Assembly (NCBI GenBank): GCA_021153285.1
Contig: JAGKTT010000010.1
Location: forward strand, 7,986-71,985
Length of the DNA: 64,000 nt
DNA from: Bacteroidia bacterium
GTDB taxonomy: Bacteria; Bacteroidota; Bacteroidia; Bacteroidales; UBA932
Direction: 5' to 3'
Part shown: positions 1 through 9,646 of the stretch, piece by piece
Layout: every line of letters starts with the position of its first letter
Numbering within the stretch: position 1 is the first letter of the stretch
Notes under the pieces: generated by a model
What the model was told of the DNA's origin: nothing
Database searches by the model: none
What the model saw: only the letters and a program-made list of their open reading frames with translations
Position numbers and translations under genes: made by a program

Positions 1-261
1 GATTCGCGTCACGACATCGGACAGGTGGATATGGACTTCCTCACAGAACTGGGACAGAGCAACATTCCGTTCGCCATTATTTTCACAAAAGGCGACAAGA
101 GCGGTCCTAAGGCACTGGAAGCACAGATCGAGAAGATGAAGGCTCAGATACTTGAATTCTGGGAAGAGCTTCCTCCGACATTCATCAGTTCGTCGGAAAC
201 AGGTATGGGACGCGAAGAAATCCTGAACTACATAGGTTCGGTACTGGAAACATTGAAGTAA
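1..261 (+). CDS. engB: Ribosome biogenesis GTP-binding protein YihA/YsxC (EngB), 3' part; truncated by window start
   Basis: Frame 1 from base 1 reads DSRHDIGQVDMDFL...IIFTKGDK...FISSSETGMGREEI, giving the DSRH motif, the G4 TKxDK motif and the G5 region typical of EngB. Confidence 0.85.
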   Translation, partial: DSRHDIGQVDMDFLTELGQSNIPFAIIFTKGDKSGPKALEAQIEKMKAQILEFWEELPPTFISSSETGMGREEILNYIGSVLETLK

Positions 262-280
262 ACCAAAACCCTCAAATACG

Positions 281-1231
281 ATGATTAAGGAACATAAAAT
301 GAAGCTGTTCGCCTGCAGGGCGTCAAAGGATTTTGCATTGAAGGTAGCCAAGCACCTGAATCTTGAGCTCGGCGCATCCGACGTACTCACTTTCAGTGAC
401 GGAGAATTCCAGCCGTCATTCAATGAAAGCGTCAGAGGTGCGACCGTATTCATCGTTCAGTCGACCTTCCCACCTACAGACAACATTTTCGAGCTTCTCC
501 TGATGGCTGATGCAGCCAAGAGAGCATCTGCACACAGGGTCATTGCCGTAATGCCGTACTACGGATGGGCAAGACAGGACCGCAAGGACAAACCAAGAGT
601 GTCGATCGGTGCAAAGCTCGTAGCCAATATGCTTCACGCTGCTGGATGCGACAGAGTAATGACTTGTGACCTTCACGCAGATCAGATTCAGGGATTCTTT
701 GATTTCCCTGTAGATCACATCTATGCCAGCGCAGTATTCCTTCCTTACCTGAAGTCTCTTAACATCGAGAACCTCGCTATAGCTGCTCCTGATATGGGTG
801 GTGCAAAGAGAGCCAATGCATATGCAAGATACCTCGAGTGTCCTGTGGTCATCTGTCACAAATCACGCGAAAAGGCAAATGTCGTGGCATCGATCACAGC
901 CATCGGAGATGTAGCAGGAAAGAATATCGTCATCGTGGATGATATGATCGACACTGCGGGAACACTTGCCAAAGCGGCCAATGTCCTTAAGGATATGGGA
1001 GCGCTCAGCGTACGTGCCTGCGCGACACACCCTGTATTCTCAGGCCCGGCATATGAAAGAATCGCAGAGTCTGCTCTCGAGGAAGTGATTGTCACTGACA
1101 CAATTCCATTGAGCACTGATCCTGAGAAGAACAAGAGCAAGATCACAGTCCTCTCTATGACTGAAATGTTTGCAGACATTATCAGCAAGGTATACAATTA
1201 CGAAGAAATCAGTTCAAGCTTCATCAACTAG
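281..1231 (+). CDS. prs: Ribose-phosphate pyrophosphokinase
   Basis: FSDGE, PYYGWARQDRK, DLHADQIQGFF and VDDMIDTAGT (PRPP-binding) motifs; 316 aa. Confidence 0.97.
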   Translation: MIKEHKMKLFACRASKDFALKVAKHLNLELGASDVLTFSDGEFQPSFNESVRGATVFIVQSTFPPTDNIFELLLMADAAKRASAHRVIAVMPYYGWARQDRKDKPRVSIGAKLVANMLHAAGCDRVMTCDLHADQIQGFFDFPVDHIYASAVFLPYLKSLNIENLAIAAPDMGGAKRANAYARYLECPVVICHKSREKANVVASITAIGDVAGKNIVIVDDMIDTAGTLAKAANVLKDMGALSVRACATHPVFSGPAYERIAESALEEVIVTDTIPLSTDPEKNKSKITVLSMTEMFADIISKVYNYEEISSSFIN

Positions 1232-1249
1232 GATATTATTGATGAAATA

Positions 1250-1504
1250 ATGGAGATACTGATCGCATCTGTAATACTCATAGCTCTTTGCGTCTTCGGT
1301 CTTTGCTTCAACATCATCTTCAGGAAGGACGGAAAGTTTCCTGAGACAGAAATCGAGAACAACAAGGAGATGCGCAAGAGAGGCATCAAGTGTGCCAAGG
1401 AGGAAGAAATAAAACTTTGGGGCAAGAAAGACGAGAACGGCAACCCGGTCGCCTGCGACGAAGGCGGCTGTGGAAGCTGTGGCTCGCGGAATACTTGTCA
1501 TTAG
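1250..1504 (+). CDS. Small membrane-anchored hypothetical protein with Cys-rich C-terminus
   Basis: 84 aa; hydrophobic N-terminal helix; ends CDEGGCGSCGSRNTCH; co-oriented between prs and der with an AT-rich upstream region. Confidence 0.7.
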   Translation: MEILIASVILIALCVFGLCFNIIFRKDGKFPETEIENNKEMRKRGIKCAKEEEIKLWGKKDENGNPVACDEGGCGSCGSRNTCH

Positions 1505-1573
1505 AAACGTTCCCGGATAGGGATTAGCAATTATCGCCGAGAGGCGGGATTTTAACAATTAAACCGATTCATT

Positions 1574-2881
1574 ATGAGCTTATTAGCAATCGTCGGACGT
1601 CCTAACGTAGGAAAGTCCACACTTTTTAACCGCCTAGTCGGAATGAGGCAGGCAATCGTTGATGAAACAGCCGGAGTGACCAGAGACAGGCACTACGGAA
1701 GATGCGAATGGTGCGGAACAGAGTTTTCTGTAGTCGACACCGGCGGATACACATCGAACTCTGACGACATCTTCGAAGAGGAAATCCGCAAGCAGGTGGT
1801 TCTTGCCATTGAAGAAGCACACGTAGTGCTTTTTATGGTAGAGGCCGGCACAGGCATCACAGACTACGATGAGGAGATTGCAGACATTCTGCGCAGATGC
1901 GGAAAACCTGTAATTCTCGCTGTAAACAAGATCGACTCAGGAGAGAAGATGTATGATGCGTTCCAGTTCTATTCACTCGGACTTGGAGAGGTCTACAGTA
2001 TCTCGGCAGCTAACGGAGGTGGCACAGGAGATCTGCTTGACGCCATCGTAAAGGTTCTTCCTGAAGAAGATCCCGATACTGACGAACATCCTGAACTGCC
2101 GCATTTCACCATAGTCGGAAAACCGAATGTCGGAAAGTCATCCCTCACCAACGCCCTTCTGGGCAAGGAAAGGAATATCGTGACACCGATCGCCGGAACG
2201 ACAAGAGATTCTATCGCTACACTTTATAATAAATTCGGTCACGAGTTTATGCTCGTCGACACAGCCGGTATGCGAAAGAAGGCAAAGGTTCACGAAGATC
2301 TTGAGTTCTACTCGGTTATGAGATCCATCAGAGCCATCGAGCACTCTGACGTATGTATCCTTATGGTAGATGCACAGACAGGAATCGAGTCACAGGATAT
2401 GGCTATCTTCAACCTCATCCAGCGTAACAAGAAGGGATGCGTAGTGGTGGTCAACAAGTGGGATACCATCGAGAAGGACAGCAACACGATGAAGGAATAT
2501 ACCCTTGCTATCAAGGAGCGTCTCGCTCCGTTCACTGACCTTCCGATCATCTTCACCTCAGTAATCAACAAACAGAGGATTATGGATGTACTGGATGCTG
2601 CGGCGCACGTATACGAGAATTACTCGCGCAAGATATCCACATCGAAGCTCAACGAGGAGATGCTTCCTGAGATCGAGAACTATCCTCCACCAGCCTGGAA
2701 GGGAAAGTACATCAAGATCAAATATATCACACAGCTTCCTACAAGATCTCCTTCGTTCGCGTTCTTCTGCAATCTTCCGCAGTATATCCGCGAGCCTTAC
2801 AGAAGATTCCTCGAGAACAAGCTCCGCACCAAGTTCGACTTCCTGGGATGTCCGGTGCAGATCTTCCTCAGACAGAAATAA
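1574..2881 (+). CDS. der: Ribosome biogenesis GTPase Der (EngA)
   Basis: Two tandem G-domains (GRPNVGKST...DTGG...NKID and GKPNVGKSS...DTAG...NKWD) plus a KH-like C-terminus; 435 aa. Confidence 0.97.
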   Translation: MSLLAIVGRPNVGKSTLFNRLVGMRQAIVDETAGVTRDRHYGRCEWCGTEFSVVDTGGYTSNSDDIFEEEIRKQVVLAIEEAHVVLFMVEAGTGITDYDEEIADILRRCGKPVILAVNKIDSGEKMYDAFQFYSLGLGEVYSISAANGGGTGDLLDAIVKVLPEEDPDTDEHPELPHFTIVGKPNVGKSSLTNALLGKERNIVTPIAGTTRDSIATLYNKFGHEFMLVDTAGMRKKAKVHEDLEFYSVMRSIRAIEHSDVCILMVDAQTGIESQDMAIFNLIQRNKKGCVVVVNKWDTIEKDSNTMKEYTLAIKERLAPFTDLPIIFTSVINKQRIMDVLDAAAHVYENYSRKISTSKLNEEMLPEIENYPPPAWKGKYIKIKYITQLPTRSPSFAFFCNLPQYIREPYRRFLENKLRTKFDFLGCPVQIFLRQK

Positions 2882-2885
2882 GAAG

Positions 2886-2913
2886 AAAAGCGAGCCTGAG
2901 TGCTCGCTTTTTT
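2886..2913. terminator. Intrinsic, probably bidirectional terminator between der and the convergent gene
   Basis: AAAAGCGAGC-ctgagt-GCTCGCTTTT hairpin with A and T tracts. Confidence 0.75.
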
Positions 2914-3319
2914 AATCTACACGTTCTATCTTCAAATGCTGGATCTTGTAAGATGATTCATTGTATCCGACAAAAATTGTGACTATGAACCTCTCTCCAC
3001 CGGCATTCAAGGTGCCCAAGGCGTATTTCATATTGGAACGTCCGGCCTTATGTGTAATTTCGAAGGAACGTGGAGTATATGAACGGAAAAAGGACTTCAT
3101 TATCTGACGGGCCTGATTGCGGCTTGAGTCGTTGGAATCCGAAAATATCGTCACCTCGAGATTGTCGGAAAACCAGGCCGAAAGCTTTTCCGCATCACCT
3201 TGAGCAAGATATTTTGAAATAGGATTGAATACATCATACCCGCTTTCCTGAGCAGAAGCATCTGCACCGAAAAAGCACAATAACGCAGAAATCAGCGTAC
3301 CGATCATATATCTTTTCAT
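2912..3319 (-). CDS. Secreted/periplasmic DUF4783-like protein
   Basis: Signal peptide (ADASAQ), then the pattern GDAEKLSAWF...SRNQARQIMKSFF...YALGTL seen in this small Bacteroidota family; ATG at 3319 preferred over the upstream TTG. Confidence 0.65.
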   Translation of the reverse strand: MKRYMIGTLISALLCFFGADASAQESGYDVFNPISKYLAQGDAEKLSAWFSDNLEVTIFSDSNDSSRNQARQIMKSFFRSYTPRSFEITHKAGRSNMKYALGTLNAGGERFIVTIFVGYNESSYKIQHLKIERVD

Positions 3320-3344
3320 CCGCAATACCTTGAAATTGACCGTG

Positions 3345-3429
3345 CAAAGATACTACAAAATCAATGCCCTGCAAGTTTTTAGCTAATTTATCTATTGGTC
3401 GGATTTTTGCATAGAAATTCCTAACTTTG
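3345..3429. promoter_or_regulatory. Divergent Bacteroidota sigma-A -7 elements for the DUF4783-like gene and rlmH
   Basis: TATCTTTG on - strand (3345-3352) and TAACTTTG on + strand (3422-3429) match TAnnTTTG. Confidence 0.6.
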
Positions 3430-3449
3430 CCAGATATAGCTGAGTGCCT

Positions 3450-3923
3450 ATGAAAATCACACTTCTGACCGTCGGAAAGACAGACAAAGACTGGGTAAGA
3501 CAAGGACTGGACATATATGTGTCCCGTCTTAAACATTATATACTGTTCGGTATAGTGGAAATCCCTGAACTTAAAAATGTGTCGGCTCTGAGCAAAGAGC
3601 AGATAAAGAACAAGGAAGGAGAACTGATACTCAAGAACATACGCCAGACTGACGATGTAATATTATTGGACGAAAGAGGAAAGGAGTACACATCTGTGGA
3701 ACTGGCTAAGATCATTCAGGACAAGATTTCATACGCAGGCAAGGATATCGTATTCGTAATCGGAGGAGCATACGGATTCTCAGATGCAGTATATCAGAGA
3801 TCCAATTCCAAGCTCTCCCTGTCCAAAATGACATTCTCCCACCAGATGGTAAGAGCGATCTTCGCAGAACAGATATATCGGGCTTTTACCATAATGCGAG
3901 GCGAGCCTTACCACCACGAATAA
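3450..3923 (+). CDS. rlmH: 23S rRNA (pseudouridine1915-N3)-methyltransferase RlmH
   Basis: SPOUT motifs LDERGK, FVIGGAYG, SLSKMTFSHQMVR and the C-terminal EPYHHE. Confidence 0.96.
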   Translation: MKITLLTVGKTDKDWVRQGLDIYVSRLKHYILFGIVEIPELKNVSALSKEQIKNKEGELILKNIRQTDDVILLDERGKEYTSVELAKIIQDKISYAGKDIVFVIGGAYGFSDAVYQRSNSKLSLSKMTFSHQMVRAIFAEQIYRAFTIMRGEPYHHE

Positions 3924-3933
3924 AGATCATCGG

Positions 3934-6900
3934 ATGAACACCAAGGAATGGCTGCATAAGAGACTGCCTTTCACGGCATTGATTCTCGCTCTGATTCTGT
4001 TCGTATTGTCTTTGGCAAACAATAATGCCGTAAGCAATACGGACAAGGTGGCAGTGGAGACGGCATCAAGGATCGAGAAGCGTCTGACCGCACTGGAAGG
4101 CCATATCCAGACTGCTCTGGATACTGACCGGAAGGAACTGATTCTTCCTGAAGGTATGCCGGAAGATATGGTGATATACCGCTACATCAATGATTCACTC
4201 CAGTCCTGGAGCAACCAGTTCTCGATAATAAACGACAATATATCATCCCTGCTGGTCTTCCAAAGACTTACTGACAGGCGTAGCCAGATAGTCTCCCCTC
4301 TGACAGATGTCACAGACGAAATTTCCTACCTGAACCTCGGTCCAAAATGGTATCTGGTGAAGTCTGTGAGCGGGGCCGGAGGTCAGAAAGTGATCGCTGG
4401 ACTGGAGATCAAGAATACTCTCATAGACGATGCCAGAAGAAATGAAAACGGAGTAAACCCTCACCTGAAACTTCCGGGAAAATACTCGGTCCTGCCACTT
4501 ACCCACAGTGGAGGATCGGCAGTAGAAATCGACGGCAAGCCTCTTTTCAAGATTCTGTACGACGGTAGTCAGGCTACGCCGTTCTTCGACAATTCTATGC
4601 TCAGATGGGTGGCTGTGATATTGTTCGCTTTCGCTATCGTAATGTTCCTTGCGGGACATCGTACATTGAAAGTCTTTGCAGCCGCAACAATCATCCTCAC
4701 CCTGCTTTTCCTGATGTCATATGTGTGGGGAATCCAGATGAACGGATCGGTAGAGCTTTTTTCTCCGATAATATATGCTGACGGTCCGGTACTATTCTCT
4801 CTCGGCTCTCTGCTGCTGATCAATACATATATAACTATGATGGTCACCTGTCTGTTCCTCATCAGGAACAGAATCACTGCAATGGCCCGCAGCAGCAGAA
4901 TCCATTACCGAAGGAATCTTCTCATATTCGGTGTATGCGTCATAATACTGTCCATCCTGACAATTTCCTACACACAGCTCACACTCAAGAGTCTGCTGCT
5001 GAACTCCAACATATCCATAGAACTTTATCGTTGGAACACCAACATCCTGTACACTGTCATCGTGTATATGTCATATACGGGACTGCTCTTCTGCATTCTT
5101 CTTATGCTGCAATGTCTCAGACCGGTTGTAAAGGAGTTCATCGGATACAGGTATGATATGCTTTCTACCAGAACTCTGATTCTTTTTGCAGTGATCTGCT
5201 CAGCTTATTTCACCATCATATCCAGTCAGCTGGGATTCAGAAAGGAAACTGACAGAGTGACCGTATGGGCCAACAGACTTTCTGTAGACAGGGACCTCAG
5301 CCTGGAGATACAGCTCAGATCTGTAGAAGAAAGCATCGCTTACGACCAGCTCATATCAGCCCTCTCATATCTTGAAAGCACCGAGGGAATGATCCAGAAC
5401 AGGATAAGTGAATATTATCTTCATCGTGCCAGACAATCATACAACCTTCAGGTACGCATCGTCAGGGACAATGACATTGCCGGACTGAGCTATTTCAACA
5501 GCCTGCTCAGAACCGGCACTCCGATCGCATACGGTTCCAGATTCATTTTCCTTACCGACTCTAACGGACGTAACAGCTATGCGGGTCTGTTCCGTTTCTA
5601 TACCCCTGACAAGGGAGTTTCCAGAATAATACTCAGCATAGAATCGAATTCTAACCGTGAAGACCGTGGATACGAAAGTATTCTGGGAAGATTCTCGAAA
5701 CCTGGAGACATAAACATACCATCCTACTATTCTTACGCCAAGTACAAGGACAGTCGCCTTATGTCTTATAAAGGCAATTTTCCTTATCCTACCCATTACG
5801 ACCATAATGAGAAAGGCTATCTCACTGACAGAAACAGGGAAGTCGCAAGAAGTCAAGGATATGTACACTTTATGAACCTGGTGAACGAAGATGAATTCAT
5901 CATCATATCCAGGCCGCAGAGAGGAGGATTGGTATATTTCATATCCTTCTCATACCTCTGTCTCGCACTCAGCGGCATTCTGAGCATATTCGCAAGCTCG
6001 CGCAACAAGAAAAAAGTATTCAAGAGCAATTATTTCAGGAAAAGGATCAACACGATACTTCTCATATCATCCATCCTCATCCTTATAAGTATGACTGCCA
6101 TAAGCATTCTCTTCGTATATAAGAGAAACGAAGAGAATATGCACAATCTTATGACCTCCCGCATCACGACAATACAGGCATTCGTGGAAAGGCAGGCAAG
6201 GACAGCCAAATCGTGGCAGGACCTCAACACTCCTGAATTCACAGCTCAGCTGGAAAATATAGGCAATACGACAAAGTCCGACATAACCATATACACACCG
6301 GGAGGAAAAGTATTCAAATCCACTACTCCTGAAGTATTCGAAAGGATGATTATGGGCAGCAGACTGGATGAAGAGGCATATCGCAATATCCGGGACCTGC
6401 ACCAGAGATTCTTCATCCATAGGGAAACAGTTACCGACTACAGCTATTGGGCCCTGTACGCACCAGTATTCAACGATAACGGCCAGATGATAGCCATCAT
6501 CAGCGTGCCATACACCGACAGTGATTTCGACTTCCGCAGGGAGGCATTCTTCCACGGAGCATTGATCTTCAACATCTTCCTGCTTCTGCTGATCGGTTCC
6601 CTCCTATTCAGTACAAGGGAAGTAAGCGCTCTCTTCTCCCCATTGATAGAGATGGGTAAGAAAATGAATGCGGCCGACATCAATAATCTTCAATACATCA
6701 TCTACAAGCGTGAGGATGAAATATCTTCTCTCGTAGATGCATACAACCGAATGGTAAAGGACCTGTCAGAATCGACAGTAAAGCTTGCACAGGCAGAACG
6801 AGACAATGCCTGGAGCCAGATGGCCCGTCAGGTGGCACACGAAATCAAGAATCCTCTCACACCTATAAAGCTTCAGATACAGAGACTGATAAGGCTCAAG

Positions 6901-7497
6901 GAAAAGAACAATCCTGCCTGGGAGGAGCGTTTCGACGAAGTTTCTGCAGTGGTCCTGGAGCATATTGACATTCTTACCGAGACTGCCAATGAATTCTCCA
7001 CATTCGCAAAGCTGTACAGCGAGGACCCTGTGCTGATCGACCTGGACAAGACTCTTAAGGACCAGCTTCTGATATTTGACAACAGAGAGAATATCCGTAT
7101 AGAATACATCGGTCTTGAAGAAGCATTCGTTATGGCTCCTAAACCTCAGCTCATACGTGTATTTGTAAATCTTATCACCAATGCCATCCAGGCGGTGGAA
7201 ATCCAGCAGAAGGAAGGAGCTGTTCAGGCTGAAGGAAGAGTATTCATAGGCCTTCGTAACAGTACACGTGAAGGATATTATGACATTACGTTCGAAGACA
7301 ACGGCCCAGGAGTAAGCGAGGAAAACCTCGGTAAGCTCTTCACTCCGAACTTTACGACAAAGAGTTCTGGTACCGGTCTGGGTCTTGCCATCTGTCGCAA
7401 CATCATACAAAAATGCGAGGGCGAGATCCGTTATCAGAGATCATTCGCCCTCGGTGGTGCTGCATTTATCGTAACAATTCCCAAGCACAAGGCTTAG
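3934..7497 (+). CDS. Large multi-TM sensor histidine kinase (NtrY-like; HAMP, HisKA, HATPase)
   Basis: 1187 aa; many hydrophobic segments; HAMP-like REDEISSLVDAYNRM; H-box VAHEIKNPLTPI; N-box NLITNAIQA; DNGPG and GTGLGL. Confidence 0.9.
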   Translation: MNTKEWLHKRLPFTALILALILFVLSLANNNAVSNTDKVAVETASRIEKRLTALEGHIQTALDTDRKELILPEGMPEDMVIYRYINDSLQSWSNQFSIINDNISSLLVFQRLTDRRSQIVSPLTDVTDEISYLNLGPKWYLVKSVSGAGGQKVIAGLEIKNTLIDDARRNENGVNPHLKLPGKYSVLPLTHSGGSAVEIDGKPLFKILYDGSQATPFFDNSMLRWVAVILFAFAIVMFLAGHRTLKVFAAATIILTLLFLMSYVWGIQMNGSVELFSPIIYADGPVLFSLGSLLLINTYITMMVTCLFLIRNRITAMARSSRIHYRRNLLIFGVCVIILSILTISYTQLTLKSLLLNSNISIELYRWNTNILYTVIVYMSYTGLLFCILLMLQCLRPVVKEFIGYRYDMLSTRTLILFAVICSAYFTIISSQLGFRKETDRVTVWANRLSVDRDLSLEIQLRSVEESIAYDQLISALSYLESTEGMIQNRISEYYLHRARQSYNLQVRIVRDNDIAGLSYFNSLLRTGTPIAYGSRFIFLTDSNGRNSYAGLFRFYTPDKGVSRIILSIESNSNREDRGYESILGRFSKPGDINIPSYYSYAKYKDSRLMSYKGNFPYPTHYDHNEKGYLTDRNREVARSQGYVHFMNLVNEDEFIIISRPQRGGLVYFISFSYLCLALSGILSIFASSRNKKKVFKSNYFRKRINTILLISSILILISMTAISILFVYKRNEENMHNLMTSRITTIQAFVERQARTAKSWQDLNTPEFTAQLENIGNTTKSDITIYTPGGKVFKSTTPEVFERMIMGSRLDEEAYRNIRDLHQRFFIHRETVTDYSYWALYAPVFNDNGQMIAIISVPYTDSDFDFRREAFFHGALIFNIFLLLLIGSLLFSTREVSALFSPLIEMGKKMNAADINNLQYIIYKREDEISSLVDAYNRMVKDLSESTVKLAQAERDNAWSQMARQVAHEIKNPLTPIKLQIQRLIRLKEKNNPAWEERFDEVSAVVLEHIDILTETANEFSTFAKLYSEDPVLIDLDKTLKDQLLIFDNRENIRIEYIGLEEAFVMAPKPQLIRVFVNLITNAIQAVEIQQKEGAVQAEGRVFIGLRNSTREGYYDITFEDNGPGVSEENLGKLFTPNFTTKSSGTGLGLAICRNIIQKCEGEIRYQRSFALGGAAFIVTIPKHKA

Positions 7498-8642
7498 AGA
7501 ACATAAGCTTTTACATCAGAGGCTGTTATTCTGTCACCAGAAAGAATAAGAAGCCTTTCCACGACATTTCTCAGCTCGCGTATATTTCCTGTCCAGGTCT
7601 TGTCCACAAGCATCTGAAGAGCATCGTCATCGATTTTTCGAGGAGCCATTCCTGTCTCTGAGCAGATCTGTCCGGTGAAATAATCCACAAGCAGAGGAAT
7701 ATCTGATTTACGGTCATCAAGTGAAGGCATATTTATGACAATCACACTGAGACGATGATAAAGGTCCTCCCTGAAATTGCCCTTTTCAATCTCTGCCTTG
7801 AGATTCTTGTTGGTAGCGGCAAGCACTCTGACATCCACTGTGATATCCTTATCACTTCCCACTCGTGAGAGTTTCTTTTCCTGGAGCACTCTGAGTACCT
7901 TTGCCTGAGCGGCAAGTGACATATCCCCGATTTCATCCAGAAACAGGGTTCCTCCGTCTGCCTGTTCGAATTTTCCCTTATGCTGCTTGATCGCAGAAGT
8001 AAAGGCTCCTTTCTCGTGACCAAACAACTCACTTTCAATAAGTTCCGAAGGAATGGCCGCACAATTCACCTCTATATACGGGGCTGCAGAGCGTGAGCTC
8101 TTCTGATGAAGATTTCTTGCCACAAGTTCCTTTCCTGTACCGTTCGAGCCCACTATAAGCACTCTGGCATCTGTAGGAGCCACCTTTTCAATCATATCCT
8201 TGACCTGAAGCAGCGCAGGCGATTCTCCTATCATTTCCTGACCATAAACCTTCTTTTTGAGAATCTTGGTTTCCTTCACAAGAGACACCTTTTCCGTAGC
8301 GTTCTTTATCGTAATGAGTATACGGTTCAGATCCAACGGTTTAGGGATGAAATCAAAAGCGCCTTTCTTTATGCACTCCACAGCCACATTGATATCACCG
8401 TGACCGGAAATCATCACTACGGCAGCATCTACCCCCATCTGATGAAGCTTTTCAAGTACCTCCAGACCATCCATCTCCGGCATCTTTATGTCGCAGAATA
8501 TCACGCTGTACTTTTCCTTGTCTGCCATTGCGCATCCCTGTGCGCCGTTTTCCGCGAGATCCACGTCATAACCTTCATCCACCAGGATTTCTTTCAGAGA
8601 ATTACGGATAGATCTTTCGTCGTCAATAATCAAGATTTTCAT
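7494..8642 (-). CDS. NtrC/NtrX-family response regulator (receiver plus sigma-54 AAA+ domain)
   Basis: Receiver ILIIDDE...CDIKMP; Walker A GSNGTGKE; ESELFGHEKGAFTSA; FLDEIGDM; WTGNIREL; no obvious C-terminal HTH. Confidence 0.92.
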   Translation of the reverse strand: MKILIIDDERSIRNSLKEILVDEGYDVDLAENGAQGCAMADKEKYSVIFCDIKMPEMDGLEVLEKLHQMGVDAAVVMISGHGDINVAVECIKKGAFDFIPKPLDLNRILITIKNATEKVSLVKETKILKKKVYGQEMIGESPALLQVKDMIEKVAPTDARVLIVGSNGTGKELVARNLHQKSSRSAAPYIEVNCAAIPSELIESELFGHEKGAFTSAIKQHKGKFEQADGGTLFLDEIGDMSLAAQAKVLRVLQEKKLSRVGSDKDITVDVRVLAATNKNLKAEIEKGNFREDLYHRLSVIVINMPSLDDRKSDIPLLVDYFTGQICSETGMAPRKIDDDALQMLVDKTWTGNIRELRNVVERLLILSGDRITASDVKAYVL

Positions 8643-8879
8643 ATTTTGTACGTTTTACCTTTATTCAATATTTATAATTTGACAGTTCTTTTTTCTGCGA
8701 CTGGGCAGAAATATGAAAATATATCTACGCTACCCTCCTCCTAAATCCTCCTCCCCGGGAGGAGGACTTGCTATCGCTTCGCTCAAAATTTGTACGTCTT
8801 ATCTTAATTTTGTACGTTTTACCTTTATTCAACATTTATAATTTGACAGTTCTTTTTTCTGCGACTGGGCAGAAATATG
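8643..8879. repeat. 73-bp direct repeat (8643-8715 and 8807-8879) flanking a GC-rich palindrome
   Basis: The copies differ at one base (caata/caaca); the interval contains TCCTCCTCCCCGGGAGGAGGA. Confidence 0.9.
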
Positions 8880-8954
8880 CGAATGTTTACAAATATCGTC
8901 ATTTTTGGGAGTTTACACAATATTTTATATTTTTGCTTGATTTTAAAGATTACT

Positions 8955-9635
8955 ATGCAAATTCCAGATATCATAATAGCCATCGACGGCTATTCTTCAA
9001 CCGGCAAAAGCTCCTTTGCAAAAATCGTAGCAAACGAGTTTTCTTTCACATATCTTGATTCCGGAGCCCTCTACAGAGCGGTTACGTTCTTCGCTATGGA
9101 GAACGGATTCATCGACGAGGAATGCACAATTGATGTGCCAGAACTGGATAAAGCCCTTGCCGGATTAGATGTTCATTTCGGCAAAGGAGGTACATATATC
9201 GGAGACAGATGTATTGAAACAGAAATCAGGTCACTGGCTGTTGCCGGCAAGGTAAGTCCTATTGCCACAGTTCCCGAAGTAAGAAACTTCGTGGACAAGA
9301 AGCTCAGAGAGTTCGGGCAGAAGAGACGCATAGTGATGGATGGACGCGACATCGGTACTACCGTATTTCCGGATGCTGAACTTAAGATCTTTATGACGGC
9401 CTCAGCTGAAATCAGAGCAGAAAGAAGAGCTGCGGAAATGAGGGCAAAGGGAGAAGATGTCAATATCGAAGATGTAAAGCAGAATCTCCTTGAAAGGGAC
9501 TATATCGATTCGCACAGAGAGACATCGCCCCTCAGCAAGGCCGAAGATGCCATCACACTTGACAATTCAGATATGACAATAGAAGACCAGATGGTCTGGC
9601 TTAAAGAAATAATGGCCGAACGTTTCGGCTGCTAA
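8955..9635 (+). CDS. cmk: Cytidylate kinase
   Basis: IAIDGYSSTGKSS, YLDSGALYRA, MDGRDIGTTVFPDA and RDYIDSHR; ATG 8955 is the likely start. Confidence 0.95.
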   Translation: MQIPDIIIAIDGYSSTGKSSFAKIVANEFSFTYLDSGALYRAVTFFAMENGFIDEECTIDVPELDKALAGLDVHFGKGGTYIGDRCIETEIRSLAVAGKVSPIATVPEVRNFVDKKLREFGQKRRIVMDGRDIGTTVFPDAELKIFMTASAEIRAERRAAEMRAKGEDVNIEDVKQNLLERDYIDSHRETSPLSKAEDAITLDNSDMTIEDQMVWLKEIMAERFGC

Positions 9636-9646
9636 ACGATATTGGT

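Noticed and set aside
8106-9058. ORFs 8106-8744 and 8768-9058 sharing the peptide ILYVLPLFNIYNLTVLFSATGQKY
   Set aside because: The shared peptide is simply the translation of the 73-bp DNA duplication; both ORFs overlap real genes
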